Of a stretch of 64,000 nucleotides of DNA, positions 57,949-64,000 are shown in pieces (position 1 is the stretch's first letter; each line of letters opens with the position of its first letter). Under the pieces are notes generated by a model. That model was not told the DNA's origin and did not search any database. It was given only the letters and a program-made list of their open reading frames with translations. The position numbers and the translations under genes were made by a program. Source of the DNA: Bdellovibrionota bacterium (GTDB lineage Bacteria; Bdellovibrionota_C; UBA2361; JBIKUX01); NCBI GenBank assembly GCA_044347345.1, contig JBIKUX010000005.1, positions 1 through 64,000 on the forward strand, written 5' to 3'.

Positions 57949-58158
57949 GTGGAAACTGTGCAAAAACTACAAGAGCTATCTAATAGAATAGAGCATCTGC
58001 AATCTTTAGCTGATTGGGTAACTCGAGAAACAACTCATAGCGATAATGCAGTATCACAAACAGCTACCCTAATCACGGTTTTAGCTGAGGATATAAGAGA
58101 GAGAGTATATGAAGTAGTACGCGAATGTGAGGAATATACGGCTCTTCACGTTCAGTAG
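57949..58158 (+). CDS. Small coiled-coil hypothetical protein
   Basis: GTG start preceded by GGAGG; 69-aa helical sequence. Confidence 0.65.
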   Translation: METVQKLQELSNRIEHLQSLADWVTRETTHSDNAVSQTATLITVLAEDIRERVYEVVRECEEYTALHVQ

Positions 58159-58166
58159 TAAGCCAG

Positions 58167-58928
58167 TTACATGATGGAACGTAGAATTTGAAGCCCTGAG
58201 TCGCCGCCTATCCATCCTACTAGAGGCTCAGCGGCTCGCTCCGGGTGTGGCATCAATCCGACTACATTTCTTTGAACATTACAAATACCAGCAATACTTT
58301 CAGTTGAACCATTTGGATTACTAGTTCGACTATTTTCACAAACTTCGCCGTCACTACCAACGTATCTAAAAACTATCTGACTATTTAATTTGAGACTGGC
58401 TAGAGTGTCTGGCGGAGCAAAGTAGTTGCCTTGAAAGTGTGCTACCGGACATTTAATTACTGTGCCTTCACGAACAATTCGGGTAAACGGGGTAGATGAC
58501 TGCTCAATTCTTATATTTACAAACCGACTGATGAACCGAGTCGTGACATTTTCCAAAAGCGCTCCGGGCAAGAGCCCTGCTTCGCACAAAATTTGAAATC
58601 CATTACATATACCCAAAACAGGGCCACCACCTTCAGCAAATTCTTTTACTCGCTGCATAACCGGCGACATTCTAGCTATAGCTCCTGATCTCAGATAATC
58701 CCCGTAAGAGAACCCGCCGGGAATCACTATTACATTTGAGTCTTTAAGTGAAGTATCTTGATGCCATAGTGAAATCACTTCACATCCAAGAATATCGCGA
58801 TAAACGTGTATTACATCTCGGTCACAATTAGTACCCGGAAAAACCAATACACCTACCCTTAAAGGGAAATTGGGTTTAGTGTAATCGGTAGAGAGTGTAT
58901 TAGAAGTGCTGGAACAAGAGTCTGTCAT
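58167..58928 (-). CDS. purQ: FGAM synthase subunit PurQ
   Basis: VFPGTNCDRD, PGGFSYGDYLR.GAIA, GICNGFQIL, MPHPER. ATG at 58928 preferred over the upstream TTG. Confidence 0.96.
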   Translation of the reverse strand: MTDSCSSTSNTLSTDYTKPNFPLRVGVLVFPGTNCDRDVIHVYRDILGCEVISLWHQDTSLKDSNVIVIPGGFSYGDYLRSGAIARMSPVMQRVKEFAEGGGPVLGICNGFQILCEAGLLPGALLENVTTRFISRFVNIRIEQSSTPFTRIVREGTVIKCPVAHFQGNYFAPPDTLASLKLNSQIVFRYVGSDGEVCENSRTSNPNGSTESIAGICNVQRNVVGLMPHPERAAEPLVGWIGGDSGLQILRSIM

Positions 58929-58950
58929 AAAAATAAGTCCTAACAGCAAT

Positions 58951-59202
58951 CTAAACTTTTTTTATCTCATAAGTTTCAATTACTGGATTGCTAAGAAGCG
59001 ATTCACATAATACCCCAGCCTTATCTAAAGCATCCTGCTCACTATCAGCTGTCACCGTAAGTTCTATTAGTTTACCAACTCGAATATCGCTTCCTAAAGG
59101 TAAATAAGGCGAGTCTCGAAGGCTTTGTTCAATGGTCTTACCTTGAACATCTAAAACTCCTTCACGGAGCCGCACCAATACTTGTAAACGAAACTCTACC
59201 AT
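58951..59202 (-). CDS. purS: FGAM synthase subunit PurS
   Basis: V.LREGVLDVQG, IRVGKLIEL, CESLLSNPVIE.Y. Confidence 0.95.
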   Translation of the reverse strand: MVEFRLQVLVRLREGVLDVQGKTIEQSLRDSPYLPLGSDIRVGKLIELTVTADSEQDALDKAGVLCESLLSNPVIETYEIKKV

Positions 59203-59255
59203 ATACTCTTTGTTGAATATTTAGTTATTAGCCAATTTGAAAGTTATACAATCTC

Positions 59256-60578
59256 TTATTGAGGTTCAAATGTTCGCGCAAAAATCTCCTCAACGTGTAG
59301 AAAATGTCGTTCTAATGAAAATACTTTACGCAACTCTTCTGGTGTGAGCAAAGAAGATATTGTAGCATCTTTCTCAATTAACTCTTGAAAACTCGCTACA
59401 TTACCGGCATCCTGAACCGAACCGGCATCCCGAGCAGTCAGAGCGTATTTTTGCACTAAAGCATATGCGTCTTCTCTTGACATACCTTTATCAGCGAGAC
59501 TTATCAACAGAGACCCTGAAAATATGAGCCCCCCTGTAAGATCGATGTTAGACCTCATCTTGTCATCATGAACAACTAGAGTCTCAATCAAATAAGCTAC
59601 TCTGGCAAGCGCAAAATCAAGAAGCACGCATGCATCAGGAGCAATTATGCGTTCAACAGAGCTATGACTGATATCCCGCTCATGCCATAGAGCGACATTT
59701 TCAAGAGCACTGACAGCATAGCCCCTTATTAGTCGAGCAAGCCCTGAGACGTTCTCTGAAAGTATCGGATTTTTCTTGTGTGGCATGGCAGAAGAGCCTT
59801 TCTGTGCTTTACCAAAGCCCTCCTCTACCTCAGCTACTTCAGTTCGCTGCAAATGGCGAATCTCTGTTACCATGCGCTCCAAAGAGCTAGCTATCAAAGC
59901 AAGTGACGTAAAATAAGCCGCATGACGGTCTCTATGAACAATCTGAGATGGAACAAGCTCTGGCGTTAGACCAAACTGTCTTAAGACTTTTGCTTCAACG
60001 CTTGGTGACACTGATTGATAAGTGCCAACTGCCCCAGCAATTTTCCCCGTAGCTACTTCTTGAGTGGCTTGATTAAAGTGATGTCTTCTCCGAAGTAATT
60101 CTGCATAAAACGACGCTAACTTAAGACCAAAGGTAGTAGGCTCAGCGTGGATTCCATGACTCCTTCCAATCGTCGGTAAATACTTGTATTCAATGGCTCG
60201 GCGATGCAATACGGATAAGAGCTTTTCAAGCCCTTTATCAAGGAGTGTAGATGCTCGCGTAAGTTGAATTGCAAAAGAAGTATCTAGAAGATCGCTTGAG
60301 GTCATTCCTCGATGAAGAAATCTTGCTGGCTGACCAGCCTGCTCAGCTATAGCGGTAAGAAAGGCGATAACATCGTGCTTAACCTCGGCCTCAATCTCAA
60401 CAATGCGCTCAATATCAATTTTAGCTTTGCCTCTAATCTGAGAAGCTGCCCCCTGTGGAGCAACTCCCTCTTCTTCCATGGCCTGAAGCGCCGCAAGCTC
60501 CACATCAAGCCAAATCTGATACTTGGTTTCTTCTGACCAAATAGCCACCATTTCAGGGCGAGAATACCGCTTAATCAT
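59256..60578 (-). CDS. purB: Adenylosuccinate lyase
   Basis: MIKRYSR, KHDVIAF, GRSHGIHAEPTTFG, GSSAMPHKKNP, LWHERDISHSS.ER. Confidence 0.97.
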   Translation of the reverse strand: MIKRYSRPEMVAIWSEETKYQIWLDVELAALQAMEEEGVAPQGAASQIRGKAKIDIERIVEIEAEVKHDVIAFLTAIAEQAGQPARFLHRGMTSSDLLDTSFAIQLTRASTLLDKGLEKLLSVLHRRAIEYKYLPTIGRSHGIHAEPTTFGLKLASFYAELLRRRHHFNQATQEVATGKIAGAVGTYQSVSPSVEAKVLRQFGLTPELVPSQIVHRDRHAAYFTSLALIASSLERMVTEIRHLQRTEVAEVEEGFGKAQKGSSAMPHKKNPILSENVSGLARLIRGYAVSALENVALWHERDISHSSVERIIAPDACVLLDFALARVAYLIETLVVHDDKMRSNIDLTGGLIFSGSLLISLADKGMSREDAYALVQKYALTARDAGSVQDAGNVASFQELIEKDATISSLLTPEELRKVFSLERHFLHVEEIFARTFEPQ

Positions 60579-60770
60579 TGATTCGTAGACCTACAGTTTT
60601 GTAACAACTTCCAGAAAAATCCTAGAGCCACCAAAAAAACTCTAAGCCTCGCTGGAAAGTAACACATTCATTAGAGGGTAACACTGTTTTTTGAAATTAA
60701 ACCCGTCTTTTGAAATATAAACTATGGCCGTACAAAAAACCAATCCCTGAGCATATAATCTTAGAGTTTT

Positions 60771-60971
60771 TCAGGATCTACTATCTAATAAAAAGTAGAG
60801 CAAAAATATCTCACTAATCATAACTGTAATTCCAGTCATTGATAGAAAAAACGCATCCCCATACACCGAAACGTTTAGAATTGAGTAAAGAGCTCCAAAA
60901 GCAAGAACTGCTTCAGCTAATCGCGCTCTGATACCAACAAAAAATACCTTAAATTTACTTTCTGTTTTCAC
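60771..60971 (-). CDS. Small membrane protein
   Basis: 66-aa ORF with two hydrophobic helices; purine-rich sequence upstream of the GTG. Confidence 0.45.
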   Translation of the reverse strand: MKTESKFKVFFVGIRARLAEAVLAFGALYSILNVSVYGDAFFLSMTGITVMISEIFLLYFLLDSRS

Positions 60972-61431
60972 GTCACTAACTAAGCCCCCTTTTTTCGCTT
61001 AGAGGTTATCATGAACCGCTAATAGCTCATGCTTAGCACAACCTGCTAAACAACCGTTAAACAAAAATAAAAGAGGCTATATTTAACTTAAAATGAAACA
61101 ATTATTAGAATATTTAGGTATTATTTATTGGGGAATATTATTTTTAGTCATCCATTCTTGGAGGTTTGCTTGAGTAAACGTCCAGCCCCGCGGCGGTGGC
61201 GTGCCCGCACGGTTTCTATAAGAACTATAGGCATCATAAAGCGCTCTAGCGTCATTTTGAGTGATACTCAACGCGGCATTTGCACTATGACTAAGATCAT
61301 CCATCCCCGTCGGCCAATTAAGGGAAAACATAGTTCTTATGAAATTGTAGTGCTCCAGTAATTTAGTTACTAGCTCAGTAACTAGTCGCGGTTAATTAAA
61401 GTTTAATTCCAAAAAAACTAGATAATTTATT

Positions 61432-62841
61432 TTAATAAGCGTTTTTTCCTTTAAGGCCTTGGAATAATGTTAAAAATAAAATTTTTATATCTAATAACAG
61501 TGACCAATTCTGAATATAAAATAAGTCACATTCTATTCTTTGGTCGATAGAAGTGTCCCCTCTCCAGCCATTTACTTGTGCCCAGCCAGTAATGCCAGCT
61601 GGGACTTTGTGTCTTAACATATACTTAGGTATTCGCTTTCGAAATTCTCTAATAAATACCGGCCTTTCAGGACGAGGACCTACAAAAGACATGTCACCCT
61701 GCAAAACATTTATAATTTGTGGAATTTCATCGAGGCTGTAGCGCCTTAAAAATCTGCCAAGAGGCATAATCCGGTTATCTCCCTCTTTTGTCCATCCTGG
61801 TCCATTTATCTCCGCATCAAGCGCCATGGTACGAAATTTTAGGATTGAAAAAGGGGTACCATCAAGACTCACTCTTTCTTGAGCGTAAAATATTGGGCCT
61901 TTAGAAGTCAGCTTTATGAGAAGAGCAATAAAACTACATATGGGGATACTAACCAGACCAACAATCAATGCTAGAGTAATATCAAAGATTCTTTTAATTA
62001 CTCTCCCCTTTCCATCTAAGGGCGTAGTCTGGACATTTAAAACAGGGATTCCCTCAAATTCCTCTATTGCACCTGCAAGAGAAATAAACTGATAGTGATC
62101 AGGTACTATCTTTACCTCAGCCATCGTTTGTCTGGTGCTCTCCATAACAGCCGGCAGATAGCTATGATCCTCTAATGGAAGTGCCACGATAACTTGGTCA
62201 ACCTGGATTGAGGAAAGATACCTCATCAAGTCACCGTCACCGTAACCGCCAATAATTGGGATACCGCACGGACCGTCTGCTAAAGTTGCTTGCCGTGCAA
62301 AACATCCAACTATTTGTAGACCAAGCTCTGTATGATTCTGACATCTAACGATTATATCCTGCGCAGCTCTACCGGTGCCAATAACCACGACGTAGCGTAA
62401 ATTATAACCTTTTCTCCTTATTTCGCGCAGTACAGCTCTAAATAAAGACCTCTCAACGATGGTAAATATGGTGGCTAATACCCAAAAATAGGCAAATACC
62501 AGACGAGAAAATGGCACTGTTTTTTCACGAAAAAGGTAAACTACCGCTAAAAAAAGGAGGATTGCTAAGCTATTTCCTTGTAAAAGAAGCCACCTTTCTT
62601 TTCCGCGCCTAGCTCCCCTCATAGGTTGATAAAGCCCGAGACGTCCAAAAACTATAGGCCAAATAAATAATATAAAAACGGTAAGTGAAAGATAGTTAGC
62701 AATTGGCGGGACGCCTTTCTCAACTGGAAATATCTCTAAATCAAACCTTAACCAGTAAGCACAAATCCAAGCGATTGAAACCACCAATAAATCGGCCAAA
62801 CCGAGGAGTACTTCAAAAAATTGTCTTTGCTCTCGAAGCAT
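61432..62841 (-). CDS. wcaJ: Undecaprenyl-phosphate glucose phosphotransferase (WcaJ family)
   Basis: 4+1 TM helices, KRIFD, KFRTM, RRYSLDEIPQ..NVL.GDMS.VGPRPERP, GITGWAQVNG.RG. Confidence 0.92.
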   Translation of the reverse strand: MLREQRQFFEVLLGLADLLVVSIAWICAYWLRFDLEIFPVEKGVPPIANYLSLTVFILFIWPIVFGRLGLYQPMRGARRGKERWLLLQGNSLAILLFLAVVYLFREKTVPFSRLVFAYFWVLATIFTIVERSLFRAVLREIRRKGYNLRYVVVIGTGRAAQDIIVRCQNHTELGLQIVGCFARQATLADGPCGIPIIGGYGDGDLMRYLSSIQVDQVIVALPLEDHSYLPAVMESTRQTMAEVKIVPDHYQFISLAGAIEEFEGIPVLNVQTTPLDGKGRVIKRIFDITLALIVGLVSIPICSFIALLIKLTSKGPIFYAQERVSLDGTPFSILKFRTMALDAEINGPGWTKEGDNRIMPLGRFLRRYSLDEIPQIINVLQGDMSFVGPRPERPVFIREFRKRIPKYMLRHKVPAGITGWAQVNGWRGDTSIDQRIECDLFYIQNWSLLLDIKILFLTLFQGLKGKNAY

Positions 62842-62866
62842 AGATTTTACTTAATAAGTGAATTTT

Positions 62867-64000
62867 CTAGTTAAATTCTTTTAATAACATTCTATGCCAT
62901 TCGTGAAAAAACCGCTCAGGAGAAAACTGCCGAGAACGCTCTATGCAAGCAGAAGTAGATATATGCCCTTCTGCTTGCTCGATAAAATAACGTATCGCTA
63001 CAATAAGGTGTTCAACACAAACTCTGCCCACTTTTGCATTAAGTGACGCTCTAGGCATCAGTACTCCGGTAGTTAAAGGATTAAACGGGGGAGATGTACC
63101 AGGAGCTACACCAATTACGCTCTCAGCTACTCCACCTCTATTGACACCAATTACCGGGCGACCAGCCGCCATCACCTCTACTGGTATCATGCCAAAATCT
63201 TCAATTGCCGGAAAAACCAAGGCACGTGAAAGACCGTAAACTTCAGCTAGCTCATTATCGCTAATACGACCAAAAAATGTGATGTTTTTCTTTGCTACTG
63301 ACCTTAAAACCTTGGCATCTGGCCCATCACCTACCACCCAAAGTGGCAAACCTAAAGTGTTAAATGCCTCAATAACTACCTGAGCTCCCTTATAAGGAAC
63401 TAATGCCCCTGCAAAGAGAAAAGCTTCACCTTGTTTCGGTTTGGTAGTACTCGGCTCTAGATTTACAGCCTCTAAATTTACCGGGGATTTGATCCAAGAT
63501 GTATCCACAGGCGGATAAATTACTGAAGAATTCCTGCGATAAAAGCACCTGGCTCTGGCAGAAACAAATCTGCTTATAGACACAAGCTCATCTACTTTGG
63601 TACTACCGTTAAAATCCCACCTGCGAAGTGGTGCCAAAATTGGCCACAAAATATGCGAAGCGCACCGACCAAAATAAGCTTGTACTTGATCCCAGATGTA
63701 CCTCATTGGTGTGAAAAGATACACTATGTGGCGGGTTCCATGAGGTACTTTAACATTTTTTGCGGCCGCATGACTTAAAGATATCACTACATCATATTTG
63801 CCCGGCTCGATATTTATCGAGCGAACAGCTAGGGGAAATAATGGCAATAAACATCGGTAATATCTTTCAATTCTTGGAAGTTGTTGCAACCATGAAGTAC
63901 CCCGCACATGCTCGTCTATCAATGAGCTCGTAGCACCTGGAAGATGAAAAAGCGAGTAAACGTGAGCGTCTGGAAATAGCGTCAAAAACTGCTCTAGGCA
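62867..64000 (-). CDS. GT4 glycosyltransferase (5' end outside the window)
   Basis: TPMRYIWD, VIYPPVD, LVPYKG, EDFGMIPVEVMAAGRPVI; the frame stays open to the window edge. Confidence 0.9.
   Translation of the reverse strand, partial: CLEQFLTLFPDAHVYSLFHLPGATSSLIDEHVRGTSWLQQLPRIERYYRCLLPLFPLAVRSINIEPGKYDVVISLSHAAAKNVKVPHGTRHIVYLFTPMRYIWDQVQAYFGRCASHILWPILAPLRRWDFNGSTKVDELVSISRFVSARARCFYRRNSSVIYPPVDTSWIKSPVNLEAVNLEPSTTKPKQGEAFLFAGALVPYKGAQVVIEAFNTLGLPLWVVGDGPDAKVLRSVAKKNITFFGRISDNELAEVYGLSRALVFPAIEDFGMIPVEVMAAGRPVIGVNRGGVAESVIGVAPGTSPPFNPLTTGVLMPRASLNAKVGRVCVEHLIVAIRYFIEQAEGHISTSACIERSRQFSPERFFHEWHRMLLKEFN

Noticed and set aside
61125-61361. Small ORFs 61125-61331 (-) and 61128-61361 (+)
   Set aside because: No RBS or recognisable motif; the minus-strand frame may be a gene remnant but cannot be supported.

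Overview
A 64-kb chromosomal segment from an AT-rich, LPS-producing Gram-negative bacterium. The gene content loosely suggests a Bdellovibrionota/'deltaproteobacterial' lineage, which is inference only. Most of the window is minus-strand housekeeping: ftsH (partial), tilS, purM-like, nadA, gmk, yicC, an LPS inner-core cluster, glmS, accA, miaA, mutL, htrA, rel, rpoZ, purQ/S/B, wcaJ and a GT4 glycosyltransferase. The main candidate for a new system is a minimal, non-flagellar type III secretion-like operon at 17610-25359: sctI, a probable sctO-sctP fusion, sctR, sctS, sctT, sctU(N), a hybrid histidine kinase and sctU(C). Its switch protein SctU/FlhB is split into two genes at the position of the NPTH autocleavage site, with a 1249-aa GAF/PAS kinase between the halves. 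Tail-to-tail with this operon is a 1268-aa orphan combining a degenerate SF2 helicase with a PD-(D/E)xK nuclease motif, a candidate effector or defence protein. Other points: a tRNA-Arg(TCG) followed by an islet (RAYT-like HUH transposase, COG0523 GTPase, two orphans); several apparently inactive enzyme or sensor homologues (BLUF, CobB, AsnB, receiver domain); a 31-bp perfect palindrome; and many short tandem duplications. All calls come from reading motifs by eye; no database searches were run.
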